Shown here: piece by piece, positions 24,781 through 37,319 of the stretch
Layout: the number at the start of each line of letters is the position of its first letter
How positions within the stretch are numbered: the stretch's first letter is position 1
DNA from: Octopus sinensis
Taxonomy: Eukaryota
Assembly: GCF_006345805.1 (NCBI RefSeq)
Contig: NC_043002.1
Location: forward strand, 112,964,001 to 113,028,000
Direction of reading: 5' to 3'
DNA length: 64,000 bases
Program-made: the position numbers and the translations under genes
Notes under the pieces: model-generated
The model's input: the letters and a program-made list of their open reading frames with translations, nothing else
Told to the model about the DNA's origin: nothing
Databases searched by the model: none

Positions 24781-25189
24781 ATATACAGTGAGAGAGAGAA
24801 CAAAGTTATTTTATCGCACATTTTGATTATAACTAAACATGTTCACTCATCCATGTCGGCCTTCTTTTTAGGCGCAAAATATTGTCACGTGACACTAACG
24901 CACGAACTTAGCGGGAAACGTACCAAAGGTTATAAACTTAAGCATCTGTTCATTCTCTACAAACACTTGAGAGAAAACATTCAGAGCATTGGTTGTTTGG
25001 ACATGTTCGGTCAACCGTGTCAGTCTTAACTTACGACGTAGCGGAGAACCTACAAGCATTTCTAGACCAGTCATGTGACTATCTTCAACCAATCAAATCC
25101 TATTCAAAACATATACTAATTTGAGCCATAAACTCCCGATAAAAATAGGGCAGGCTTCAAACACTAGTCAGAAGCAACCCATTTTGAAA

Positions 25190-26211
25190 GAGAGTCGCCT
25201 CACAATTTTAGGGTGTTGGTGTTGATTTCTTTAGAACGTGAGTTAAACTGCTACACACTGTTATTATATATTGTTGTAGGTTTCCCTGCGCGGGTGAACC
25301 AGGATTAGTTAAATTTTTAAATTGTTGAATTTCTGTTGTTGTGTGTGCTTATTTTTGAAAATTGTTTCTTCCCCATTATGGGTGAAGTGGGAAAAGGAGG
25401 AGAAATGGAACGTGTCCCAGGTAATGCATCCGCAACTACAAAAGGTATTACGACCAACACCCTTGAAGTTCACGAGATAAAAATAGACACAAAGGAATGG
25501 AAAAAAGGAAACAAATTGTTACAAAAGGAAGGAGCCAGCTTAAAGCTGACCCCACCAGAAGAAGGGACGAAGAATGTAGCAAGGAAAACGGTTGTGTACA
25601 GGACGTTATCAACTGCTACCAAAAAGATAGAGGCAATTGAGGAATGTCTACGTGACGTGAAAGGACTAACCAACTTCTATACACGTAGAAGAAAATACGG
25701 AACAGTGGAGGTTAGGTTCTTCATAGAGGAGGACGCTATTAACCACTCCGATAAGAACACAAGAGTGGGTGCTGCAGCCGATGTACTGTGGCAAACGTGT
25801 TGCCAGAGTGAGTGTCGACAGACTGCCTTCTGAGATCGAAGAGGCATGGCTGGTGGTAGCAGTCATACACGGAATAGATGAAGATGCAAGAGTTCTGAAG
25901 ATAACCAGAACGAAGGAAGTCAATTGCTGGGGCTACGGCCTAGAAATCACAATTCAAGTTGGGTTAAAAGACCTACGTGGAATTGTAGAAGAGATTCTTC
26001 TACCGGAAGACATTACGCTAAGAGTGGTGGTGAAGGGAAGACCTCCAACATGTTTTCCATGTAAACAAAAGGGACACATGAAAGCTAAGTGCCCTCAGCA
26101 AGAAAGTGAAGTAAAGGAACAACAAGAGCAGCCTGCCGAAGAGGAGGGATCGAAAATAGAGGAAAATAAAGAGGAGACGCTTATTGTTGTAAATAAGCGA
26201 AAGAGAGAGGA
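25190..26211 (+). mobile_element. L1/Tx1-like ORF1 (gag-like) with CCHC zinc knuckle, frameshifted
   Basis: overlapping ORFs 25336-25833 and 25769-26314; RPPTCFPCKQKGHMKAKC = CX2CX4HX4C. Confidence 0.8.
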
Positions 26212-28330
26212 GTATGTTTTACGCATATATTTGTTACAGTGTCTACAAATGTCTGCCATGATGTGTTTAGGTTGGTGGGGTGGGTGCGTGCATGAAGACC
26301 CAATCAACTTGTGAAAGATCGTGATTGATCGCATCCCAGTCTGCGTTATGAAGATCTATAGTGTCAAATAAATGAGATGGAGAAATGTCATTAGGTTTGA
26401 TCTTTGGATGGTAGAATCTCAGATCGCAGAGGACCATGTCATGGCCTGAGAGTAGTGGTGGTTTTTCCACTGTAATATTGTGAAAAGTGTCAGAACAGTT
26501 ACTGAACACTAGGTCCAAGGTGTTTTTGTGACACCTTATTGGTTCGAGAACAAGTTGGATCAGGAAAAACTCATCCATGAAATCAAAAAACAGTTCCATT
26601 GCTTCCTTATTAGGGGTTGAGGTGAAAAATCATGCTTTCGAGCTGTTTGTGGACCAATCCACACTGGGAAGGTCGAAGTCCCCCATCATTAATATGTTGT
26701 TGGCATGACACTGATGGATGAAGCACTTGATACTGCTGAGGCAGTCCTTGAAACGTAGTAAATGAGTAAGGAGTGGCCTATAGAGCCCAACTACTATTAA
26801 ATTGTTGGTTTTACTGTACACACCAACTGCTTCACAGTGGCCATTGGTAAATACTTCCATTGCTTCAGCCGAAAAAGAATCGTGCACGAAAATGGCGGTC
26901 CCACCCTTTCTTCTGACGACAAGATCTGCACGGATAGCTGTAAAATTCTTCACTCTCACCTCAGCTTCCAAGTGGAGGTTATTAAGACGTGAGGATGAAG
27001 AAAGGGATATGGTGTGGATGGTCATTAACCCAATACTCAATAAATCGGATCTTCGATTTTGGGGCATTGGTGGAAGGGCTGATGCCTTGTGCATTGAGCA
27101 TAAATGTTGAGGCGATAGTGATGGCTGATTTCGAATGGTTTGGTGATTTGTTTGTTAATGGTAGCAATGGGAGTTTGTGCAATAGGTTGGTGGTGGGGTG
27201 GCATTGTGTGATGGCTAGAATGTTCTTTTGTAGCTCTTTTGCTAGATTCATTAAGCTAAAAAAGAGTTCTGTTTCGGGAACTGCAAATGTTTGTAGTTGT
27301 GGGTTTTGTATTGGTTAGGGATCCCGATTATATTTTTATTTGTGCGACGAGTCCCCGGGAGATGAGAAATGGACAATTATGCTGTAGACATAATCCGTCA
27401 CAATGGGAATTGCGGCAGATTTTAGGGTTCCGTGTTACATGAATGTTTTTTTTTTATTTGGTTTAGTATTTGGCGAGGTTGTTGTTGTAATGAGTGGAGG
27501 CGCAATGGCCCAGTGGTTAGGGCAGCGGACTTGCGGTCATAGGATCGCGGTTTCGATTCCCATACCGGGCGTTGTGAGTGTTTATTGAGTGAAAACACCT
27601 AAAAGCTCCACGAGGCTCCGGCAGGGGGTGGTGGTGATCCCTGCTGTACTCTTTCACCACAACTTTCTCTCACTCTTACTTCCTGTTTCTGTTGTACCTG
27701 TATTTCAAAAGGGCCGGCCTTGTCACTCTCTGTGTCATGCTGAATATCCCCTAGAACTGTGTTAAGGGTGCACGTGTCTGTGGAGTGCTCAGCCACTTAC
27801 ACGTTAATTTCACGAGCAGGCTGTTCCGTTGATCGGATCAACCGGAACCCTCGTCGTCGTAACTGACGGAGTGCTTCCAAATGTTGTAATGAACGTCTAG
27901 TCCCTAGTAAATGAGTGAGTTTGCTCTCGGTGTCAGTGCACATCCTCTTGTGTAGTGAATAACGGCATATTTTGGGGTTTCGTGTGTAAGCTACGAGAGG
28001 CATAGATTTTAATTTGTGTACATTTGCGTTTGGCAAATTCATTAAGGGGTCATCAAGTAAGCATTTAGTTGGTTGATCAGAAATTAGGATAGTAGTATGT
28101 TGAAGGTGTGTCTGTTTCTGTTTTTGAGGTGGTTGTTGTAGCTGCAATTGTTGTTGTTGTTGTTGTGATTCTTGTTGTTGTATATATATACACATCTCCA
28201 GTTTTGAGAAGAAAAGTTATGGCCTTCTCCTTTGGGTGGTATTTGCCGGACATGGTGGTTGTTGGTATCTCGTTCGCAACCACCTTGTGTGCTTGATTAT
28301 GTACCCAGCATTAGCAGCCATCGACTAAGG
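26212..28330 (-). mobile_element. LINE (CR1/L2/Jockey-like) 5' half: ORF1 remnant plus APE endonuclease
   Basis: RAD...RKGGTAIFV, VVGLYRP, LMMGDFDLPSVDW, NTLDLVFSN, LSGHDMV are APE motifs; upstream repeated KICR..C; split by a D SINE. Confidence 0.85.
27494..27878 (+). mobile_element. SINE family D nested in the LINE
   Basis: full length; TSD TGTTGTAATGA. Confidence 0.92.
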
Positions 28331-28816
28331 CACCAGGGCAGCTGTTGGGGAGATGTAAGCGTGATCCTTTTCCGTCCTATGAATGAAGGTCTGCCGTTGA
28401 CCGCCTAGGTCAGAAATGTGATGCACTGATCATCAGCCCGCCAGAGATCCGGACAAGTAAATACTCCGCAGTTGTATGTTGACGGTAAGCAAAATTACTC
28501 TCGTGAGGGTCGAAACCTCTACGTCTGTATAGCCACCGAAAGGAAAAAAAAATGAGAACCTTCTCTTAGGATTTCGGTTTACTGAAAAAGGATCCCGCTT
28601 ACATCTCCCCAACAGCTGCCCTGTTAGTCCGGCAAATACCACCCAAAGGAGAAGGCCATAACTTTTCTTCTCAAAACTGAGATGTGTATATATATGGGCT
28701 GTGTGTATATAATATATATTATATATATATATATATATAAAGTTGAGTGTGGGGTATCGCACGAGTGGGATTATATAAGAAAAAAGGTTTGAAAATGCAA
28801 TTTAAACGATGTTTAT

Positions 28817-28861
28817 TTACTTAACCGGTTTCACTCTTTGGTAAAAGATTGTCAAAAGTAA
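28817..28861 (-). ncRNA. variant minimal hammerhead-like motif (U3/A8 core)
   Basis: minus strand: TTACTT-TTGACAA-TCTTTT(acc)AAAGAG-T-GAAA-CCGG-TT-AAGTAA; 6-bp stem I. Confidence 0.6.
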
Positions 28862-28889
28862 CATTTAAGGAAACATTGAATAATAGGGG

Positions 28890-29015
28890 TTCAAAAAAAG
28901 TTTTTTACATAATTGTCACATTGAATATTATGCATTCAAAAAAGTTTTTTACATAATTGTCACATTGGATATTATGAATTCAAAAATGTTTTTTTATACA
29001 TAATTGTCACATTAC
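28890..29015. repeat. ~44-bp minisatellite, about 3 units
   Basis: TTCAAAAAAGTTTTTTACATAATTGTCACATTG(A/G)ATATTATG repeated. Confidence 0.85.
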
Positions 29016-29273
29016 ATGTATAATATAGTATTTGGTAACAGAGAAGTTCAATAGTGTGATGAGAATATTTGGGAAAATTTGGCAGAAAAGGATAAAACAA
29101 ATATATTATTGGGAATTGGTTGCGTAATTATTGGTGTCGCAAATGTCACATTACATGTATATATATACAGTCTTTGGTATATATATACAGCCTTTTGACA
29201 GCAAAAATTAAAATGGATTTTTTATACATCTCAGAATATTTTAAGTTAAGGCGAGAATATGTTTTTATAATAT

Positions 29274-29512
29274 AAGTATAATAGCCATCTCAATATGGCT
29301 AACCACAAAGGGGGCGGTGTTACTGTAGCTTTTTACGTTCTGAGATTTAATAATACATTTTTAGAGAGTTACTTCCCTTATATATGCCAAAAATGCATTA
29401 AAAATGGGAAAAATTGATGGTAAATTTTTTTTTTTAAATCGTCGACTCATCGTAGACGCGCGCTAATATCCAGAAGGGCTCGATATGAATCACGACTATA
29501 AGATACCCGCTT
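29274..29512 (-). mobile_element. Helitron subtype 1 internal fragment
   Basis: reverse complement of the central part of 278-675. Confidence 0.85.
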
Positions 29513-30028
29513 TATTGTAATAAAACAGGCTATACATATAAATAATCTAAACTAGAGAAAATTATTAATTTTTTTTAATAAAGAAGCATAGTTCAGACTT
29601 TATATTTACAATTTTAGCTTGAAACTGTTTTTACAAATTTACGTATAATTTTAATATTTTCGCAGTGCACCAAGCTTCATTTATCTTGGGGCGCACTAAG
29701 GTATAGAAAAATATATAGATAAGAACTTGTAAACAGTGTACAAAGGCTGCCGAATGATTTAGAGTAAGCAGTAGATATTAGTTTTCTCTTCAAATTTTGA
29801 TGAAACAATCGAATCTGTTCGGAAGCGATCTCAGAAACATAACTTGTTTACGAGTCAAAATAGAAGGGATATGCTTAACAGTCGCCAAATCTACCTGAAA
29901 TTATAGTCTACCCTATTTAAAAACAAAGCGATGGGATACACTCCACAATATATCGAACAAAATATATTATAGCTGAAAGTAAAGAGAGACAGTTTAGGTT
30001 GGAACGTCTTTATAATCTACTTGATTAT

Positions 30029-30187
30029 GGAAGCACTCCGTCGGTTACGCGACGAGGGTTCCGGTTGATCCGAATCAACGGAACAGCCTGCTCGTGAAAT
30101 TAACGTGTAAGTGGCTGAGCACTCCACAGACACGTGTACCCTTAACGTAGTTCTCGGGGATATTCAGCGTGACACAGAGAGTGACAC
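30029..30187 (-). mobile_element. SINE family D 3' fragment
   Basis: reverse complement of the D tail; flanked by CTACTTGATTAT repeats. Confidence 0.85.
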
Positions 30188-30261
30188 TGGGCTATTGCGC
30201 CTTCACCTACTTGATTATAGCTGACCTGGGACTAAACATCAACAACATGAAGTCTCCCCCC

Positions 30262-30306
<45 letters not shown>

Positions 30307-30709
30307 TCTCTCTTTCCCTCTCTCTTCCACTTACTACGTTACTATGTCTACTGAAAGTGAGTCTAATTTAAGAATTTGCTTAATTTTTAGTCTTGACATT
30401 GTAACCAGCTTAAAACTTTTCATCCAGTCGTGTTTGTTCTTGATATGCAAGATGTGCGATGCGTATTTATCAAAGATAAGTTCGTCATAAATATTGGTGC
30501 CAAATTTTGGCACAAGGCCAAAGCTGACTATCATCGACTCGTACCTATTTTATCGACCACGAAAGGATAAAAAAGCAAACTCAATTTGGGTTGAATTTAA
30601 ACTCAGAACGTGCAGACGGAGGAAATACTGCAAAGCAGTTTGTCCGGCGTGCTAACGATTCTGCCAGTTCGCTGCTGTCGTCATAAATAAGTTCATTTAC
30701 TAACATAAT

Positions 30710-31094
30710 GAGGCGCAATGGCCCAGTGGTTAGGGCAGCGGACTCACGGTCATAGGATCGCGGTTTCGATTCCCAGACCGGGCGTTGTGAGTGTTTATTG
30801 AGCGAAAACACCTAAAGCTCCACGAGGCTCCGGCAGGGGTTGGTGGTGAACCCTGCTGTACTCTTTCCCCACAACTTTCTCTCACTCTTACTTCCTGTTT
30901 CTGTTGTACCTGTATTTCAAAGGGCCGGTCTTGTCACTCTCTGTGTCACGCTGAATATCCCCGAGAACTACGTTAAGGGTACACGTGTCTGTGGAGTGCT
31001 CAGCCACTTACACGTTAATTTCACGAGCAGGCTGTTCCGTTGATTCGGATCAACCGGAACCCTCGTCGTCGGAACCGACGGAGTGCTTCCATCC
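30710..31094 (+). mobile_element. SINE family D
   Basis: full length; TSD ACTAACATAAT. Confidence 0.92.
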
Positions 31095-31581
31095 ACTAAC
31101 ATAATCATGGAGCTTTACAGGAAGGTAAATTTTTTGATGTCTCTTATGAGATATTATGGTAGTTGTTATGAGATAGTAATGCACACCCTACAGTTAATTA
31201 TATCATGAAATGATATTGAACAGAAGATAAGATAATGGAAGATAACAAAAATAAAGAGTGAAAAGTGACATTTCCAACTGCATATATATCCTGTGTTCCT
31301 TAAGTTTCTATGCAGTAAATTCGTTTAAAATTCCTTAAGTGAAACTGATTTTCATCGAGGGCGCGTGGTTTTGTGGTTAGGGTGTTGCATGCTAGATCAT
31401 GGTTTTCGACTAGCCGACCAAGCGGTGTGTTGTTTCATGAGCAAAGCACTTCATTTCATGTTGCCCCCAGTTCACTCAACTGTAACTGAGTTACCCTGCG
31501 ATGGGCTGGTGTCCCGTTCAGGGGTTATGTTTTGAGCTCGGCCATTTATACGCCATGAAAACCAGATCAAAAAGTCTACTA

Positions 31582-31986
31582 GGCGCAGGAGTGGCTGTGT
31601 GGTAAGTAGCTTGCTAACCAACCACATGGTTGCGGGTTCAGTCCCACTGCGTGGCATCTTGGGCAAGTGTCTTCTGCTATAGCCCCGGGCCGACCAATGC
31701 CTTGTGAGTGGATTTGGTAGACGGAAACTGAAAGAAGCCTGTCGTATATATGTATATATATATGTGTGTTTGTGTGTGTGTGTTTGTGCGTCTGTGTTTG
31801 TCCCCCTAGCATTGCTTGACAACCGATGCTGGTGTGTTTACGTCCCCGTCACTTAATGGTTCGGCAAAAGAGACCGATAGAATAAGTACTGGGCTTACAA
31901 AGAATAAGTCCCGGGGTCGATTTGCTTGACTAAAGGCGGTGCTCCAGCATGGCCGCAGTCAAATGACTGAAACAAGTAAAAGAGTA
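31582..31986 (+). mobile_element. SINE family C, full length
   Basis: matches the C consensus. Confidence 0.9.
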
Positions 31987-32111
31987 AAAAAATAGTAATA
32001 GTCTTAGGACTCGAGACAGTAATGTAACGATCAGTGTCGTCAAGATAGAATCCGGTTGTAACTTTTCAAATCGAGCAAAGCAAATTCAGACACAAAAAGT
32101 AAGTTATATAA

Positions 32112-32288
32112 GGCGCAGGCGTGGCTGTGTGGGTAAGAGGCTTGTTTCCTAACCACATATTATTGGGTTAAATCGTACTGTGCGATACCTTCAGCAAGCG
32201 TCTTCTATTATAGCTCCGAGTTAACCAAAGCCTTATGAGTGGATTTTGATTGGAAGGAAACTGAAAGAAGCCTGTCGTATATATATAT

Positions 32289-32324
<36 letters not shown>

Positions 32325-32562
32325 CGTGTGTGTGTGCCTATGGATTTGTTGTGCTTGTCTCCCACCACCACCACCGCTTGGCAACCGGTGTTAGTTTGTT
32401 TACATCCCCGTAAATCAGCGGTTTGGTAAAAAGTGTCCGACAGAATAAGTACAAGGCTTTAAAAAAATTAAGTACTGGGGTCGATAAGTTGAACTAAACC
32501 TTTCGAGGCGGTGCACCAGTATGGCCACAGTCCAATAACTGAAACATGTAAAAGATAAAAGA
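32112..32562 (+). mobile_element. older SINE family C copy
   Basis: diverged match to the C consensus. Confidence 0.8.
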
Positions 32563-32959
32563 TGTATTTTAGAGTAATATTTATGCCAGACTAATCGTCA
32601 CGGCAGTGTAGTGCGTATCTAATAAAAAGAAAGAAAAAACACCATAGAGCACTGCTTTCATCGTCTATGTTTTAGATGTTAAATTACAATAATTTGAAGT
32701 AAGCAGTAACTGCAACACGAGTTGCAGCTAGCGAAACTACTGTGTTCGTGGCTATTAAACTCGGCTGTTATTAAATAGTCTAGCTATTGAAATAGGCAGC
32801 ATATATAGTTTCTTTTGATTTGGCACAAATGTTCATTGTTGTACAAGTTGTTAAATGGATTTAAGTGAAAAGCAAGTATTTTGTTAATATTAAAGTGAAC
32901 GTTAACATACATGATGTAACAAACAAAACAGAACTAATGAATTATATAAATACACTCTT

Positions 32960-33185
32960 AGCCAGGTCAGATATGGGAGCATGCGCCGTTGCAGCGCGTA
33001 GCTGCATCCATCATTTTTTTTCTGTATTTGCTCAGGCGGGTCGTACCTTCGAGTGGTATCTCAGTCAGTCCTCATCTTTGCGAGAAACTTCTTCCTCCAC
33101 CGTGACTATTTGGCATGTGGTCGACCAACACAAATGGTTACAGTATACCCTCAGAAAAAAGATCGCTCTATGCCAGCCTCAACCC
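32960..33185 (-). pseudogene. possible Mutator-like (MULE) transposase C-terminal remnant
   Basis: minus-strand GWHRAIF..RV.CNH..W.....VEEE resembles the MULE EGWH motif region; contains stops. Confidence 0.35.
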
Positions 33186-33272
33186 GGAAAATCGAGTGAC
33201 CTGACTAAACAATTTGAGTCTGACTCTCCCGAATCATATACTGGACATTCTTAATGATGAGAAAAGCCATTA

Positions 33273-33512
33273 CAGTGTAAGAAATACGACCGTATGTGGA
33301 GGTTGGTGACGAGGTAAGCCACATGGTCGCATCCCTAACGAAATAAGATAAGCCATAAATACAATTTATACAATGCAGTGCCAACAGAATATAGATGAAT
33401 TGACGACAAGTCGTTCCACTGTTTAAGAGATAGATATTTTATTTCGTTAGGGATGCGACCGTGTGGCTTACCTCGTCACCAACCTCCACATACGGTCGTA
33501 TTTCTTACACTG
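33273..33512. repeat. inverted repeat with 78-bp arms and 84-bp spacer
   Basis: 33273-33350 is the reverse complement of 33435-33512 with ~2 mismatches. Confidence 0.95.
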
Positions 33513-33536
33513 GTGACCCCGACGTGATATATCAGC
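33472..33536 (-). other. candidate 65-nt internal exon
   Basis: minus strand cttaactctttaaatAG|GCTGAT...GACGAG|GTAAGC; one open frame ADISRRGHQCKKYDRMWRLVT; no homology recognised. Confidence 0.25.
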
Positions 33537-33954
33537 CTATTTAAAGAGTTAAGATGGCTCAAATGAAAAGTCCTATCCGAAAGCCGTGATTGGTCAGTTT
33601 ACACACTGGCGCGAAATAAGTAGAGAGACAGACCGCGCTTAGATGCTAACCAATCAAAATAGTGGACACAACAAGGTTAAACTAGCCAAAGATGTTTGTA
33701 ATCTCAAACGAGATCATTCTTAATATTTTTCTCAAACAGTGAAGATAGCAATGAAGAAAACAATATTGCTACAACAGTAATCTACTTGACTAATTCTTAT
33801 CCAAAAAGGCAGTGCAGACGATCCTGAATTTAAATAGTTTAAATTCAGTCAGATATAGAACAGCATTTGTCATTGGAGCAGGTTTGAATGATCCCCGTCT
33901 CATTTCTTCACCTATATAAGTTCCTTAGCAATACGGAGACAGCTCTGTGCATAA

Positions 33955-34156
33955 GGCGGCAAGCTGGCAGAAACGTTAGCACGTCGGGCGAAATGCTTAG
34001 CGGTATTTCGTCTGTCGTTACGTTCTGAGTTCAAATTTCGGGGTCGATTAAATAAGTACCAGTACGCACTGGGGTCGATATAATCAACTTAATCCGTTTG
34101 TCTGTCCTTGTTTGTCCTCTCTGTGTTTAGCCCCATGTGGGTAGTAAAGAAATAGG
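33955..34156 (+). mobile_element. SINE family B with internal deletion
   Basis: head and tail present; TTCAAATTT joins directly to CGGGGTCG. Confidence 0.85.
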
Positions 34157-34962
34157 TATTATTAGACGCCATCAGTAAAACATGGACTAACAATTTCTAG
34201 AGATATTAGTATGATTTCCCGTATGGAGTTCGAATCCAGCAATAGGCAAAACAGCGTTTCGCAATCATTCGACAATTCCTGCCGAAGAAATATCCACCAG
34301 ATTCTATCGCTTCTCCTGGACTACAAAAAAAAAAAAAAGAAAAGAAATACTTGTTACATTGAGAAATAACGCCATAATTTTTCCAAGAAGATCGATCGAA
34401 GAGAGCCAAAGTGGCGGATTGTTCAAAAACAGCAATAAGTTAATTTATTATTATTTTTATCCTGTAGCAATAATATTTTAATCTTTATAGCCACTTTTTT
34501 CCCTCTCAGCACTTCTTAATTGAACTTCAAGAAAATGTGATTTGTTATATAGAGACTAGCATGAAAGATTTTCAAATAAGAAATAAAAACACTAAGAAAA
34601 GTATTGATATTCTTTAAGAAAATAACAAATGGCAAGACATGTGGTGCATTCAGTGAGATTAGTTTAGCGCTACTAAATAAGATAGAAGATTAAACAGAGC
34701 CAGCTCTTCGTTTATACTCTGTTGCACAGCGCTCATCACAAATATCACATTAGCTTTAGTGTGTGTGTGTGTGTGCGTGCGTGCGTGTATAGACGCGAGT
34801 ATACATATATATATTATATATATATATATATACACACATATATATATACACACGCATACACACATAAAAGCATGCATACATACATTTTTGAGAGTGTGTG
34901 TAAATATTTATATGTATGTATGTATGTGTGTATGCATATACGTATATGTGTATATATTCATG

Positions 34963-35023
<61 letters not shown>

Positions 35024-35028
<5 letters not shown>

Positions 35029-36322
35029 CATTAGTAAGGAAGTTCTTGGACAGTCATTGTTACAAGTCATTGAAGCCGGTCGAATGCAAACTGCACGCCA
35101 ACTTGCGGTACAGTTCGGCGTCTCCCATGTCGCGATCATCAACCACCTGCATCGGCTCGGCAAGGTCAGCAAACTTGGGAAATGGTTGCCACATGAACTG
35201 ACTGAAGCGAACAAACAAGCACGTGGTCACTGCATGTCAAAGTCTGCAGTGGCGAAGCCGAAGATTCGAGTGGTTGGAGTCAGTAATCACTATGGATGGA
35301 AAGTGGGTACTGTTTTCCAACGGGAGGCGCAGACGATCCTGGTGTAGCAAAGGTCGACAACCAAAACCTTCGACAAAGGGACCGCTTTTGCAAAAGAAGG
35401 TTATGATCTCAGTTTGGTGGGACTGCCGTGGTGTGATCATGTTGGATTTTCTCCCACGCAATACCATTGTTGACAAGGATGTCTACTGCGAACAAATCGA
35501 CCGTCTAAAGATCGTCCTGGCCGAAAAACGCTCAAATTTGAATAAGATAATTTACTACCAAGACAACTCCCCAGCACATGGTGCAAAGGAGACGTCAGAG
35601 AAGCTGAAGGAGGCGGGCGGGGAGATTATCGTGCATCCACCGTATTCTCCTGACCTTGCCCCTTCTGACTACCACTTATTCTCTGCCTTGCAACACGTGA
35701 TTGGCGATACAGAGTTCGAAAACGAAGAAGATGTGAAATTGTTCCTTTACGACTTTATTGATTCAAAGCCCGCGATTTTTTGATGAAAGGATTCAAAACT
35801 TCGCCTGAAAGATGGCAAAAGATGATTGATAACGTGGGTGATTACCTTTTAGATCGATTGTTCTTTGTTGTTGTTTTTTTAATCTTTATATGTAAAAGTC
35901 AAGTTGTGTGTCTGTCTCCTACGATTAAGATTCCTAACTACTCCCACATTTTGCGGTGCAGTTTAACCAAAACCGGGTATCTTATAGTCGTGATTCATAT
36001 CGAGCCCTTCTGGGTATTAGCGCGCGTCTACGATGAGTCTACGATTTAAAAAAAATTTACCATCATTTTTTTCAATTTTAATGCATTTTTTCGCTATTAT
36101 ATAAGGGAAGCAACTCTCTAAAAATGTCTACGATAAAAAAAATTTACCATCATTTTTTTTCCATTTTTAATGCATTTTTTTTTGCTATTTTTTGGCTATA
36201 ACTCTCTAAAAATGCTTATATAGTTATTTCCCTTACAAACCCGAGCAACGCCGGGCGATACTGCTAGTTGTTAATAAAGTGATATCTTAAAAGTGTCCAA
36301 GAACTTTCTTACCAAACTGATA
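35024..36322 (+). mobile_element. internally deleted mariner element (DD34D-type), both TIRs, Helitron nested near the 3' end
   Basis: GKWLPHEL, VITMDGKW, YQDNSPAH, HPPYSPDLAPSDYHLF motifs; TIRs TATTACATTAGTAAGGAAGTTCTTGGAC / GTCCAAGAACTTTCTTACCAAACTGATA. Confidence 0.92.
35883..36267 (+). mobile_element. Helitron subtype 2
   Basis: A|TC...hairpin...CTAG|T. Confidence 0.9.
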
Positions 36323-36396
36323 TATATGCATATATACGCCATGATAGATCGTTAGCTACTACACGCTTTTTTTCTCTCCTTGTTTTTTTCTGTGTA

Positions 36397-36434
36397 TCTT
36401 TCTGTCGAAGAGCGTAGGCTCGAAACGTAAAAGA
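36397..36434 (+). ncRNA. variant minimal hammerhead-like motif (CUGUCGA core)
   Basis: TCTTT-CTGTCGA-A-GAGC(gtag)GCTC-GAAA-CG-TA-AAAGA. Confidence 0.6.
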
Positions 36435-36707
36435 CTTTTTCTATTCCTGAGCGCTATACTAATACATTTGTTTGTTTGTACTCCACCTGCCTTCGTCTTT
36501 TGTTTATTTTCGTAAACTTTCCCTAATTGTTAATAAAGTGATATCTTAAAAGTGTCCAAGAACTTTCTTACCAAACTGATATATATGCATATATACGCCA
36601 TGATAGATCGTTAGCTACTACACGCTTTCAACATGTGATCTCTTGAGCACCACCAGCTCAAATATCTTTTCCTCTGTCTTCCCTTCTTGGGATCTTTCCT
36701 TCTCCTT

Positions 36708-36742
36708 GTTTCCGACGAAGAGCTCCGCTCGAAACGTTAAAC
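36708..36742 (+). ncRNA. variant minimal hammerhead-like motif (CCGACGA core)
   Basis: GTTT-CCGACGA-A-GAGC(tcc)GCTC-GAAA-CG-TT-AAAC; same core in the copy at 24674-24708. Confidence 0.6.
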
Positions 36743-36869
36743 CCTCCTTCCCTTCTTTCCTGAGCGTCAATAATACTTTAATTGTTCCACGTCCTGCGTT
36801 GCTGTGTTTTTTTCTCTTTTTTTTCTGTGTTTTCTTGTTTTGATTAACTATATATATATATACACATAT

Positions 36870-37280
36870 ATTTTATCTTTTACTTGTTTCGGTCATTGGA
36901 CAGCGGTCGTGCTGCCGCAACTCCTTGAAAGGTTTTAGTCCAACGAATCGACCCCAGTACTTATTCTTTTTTAAATCCTATTACTTATTCTATTGGTCAC
37001 AATTACCGAATCGCTAAATTGCGGGGGTATCAACAAACCAGCACCGGTTATCATGCAGTGGGGAGGACAAACAGAAACACAGAACCACGCACATCTAGAT
37101 ACACATACATACACTCAGATTCACACACACACACCTACACACCCACTCACACATATGATGGTCTTTTATCAATTTCCATCTACCAAATCCACTTACAAGG
37201 CTTTGCTCAGCCTGAGAATATAACAGAAGACACTCACTTGCCCAAGGTGCCTCGCAGTGTGACTGATCCCGGAACCACGA
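36870..37280 (-). mobile_element. older SINE family C copy
   Basis: diverged reverse-complement match. Confidence 0.75.
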
Positions 37281-37319
37281 CAGAATTTTTTTTTCCTATG
37301 AGCAGACCATTCTGATCCA

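Noticed and set aside
28890-29015. CRISPR-like array
   Set aside because: Head-to-tail minisatellite without unique spacers, in a eukaryotic context with no cas genes.
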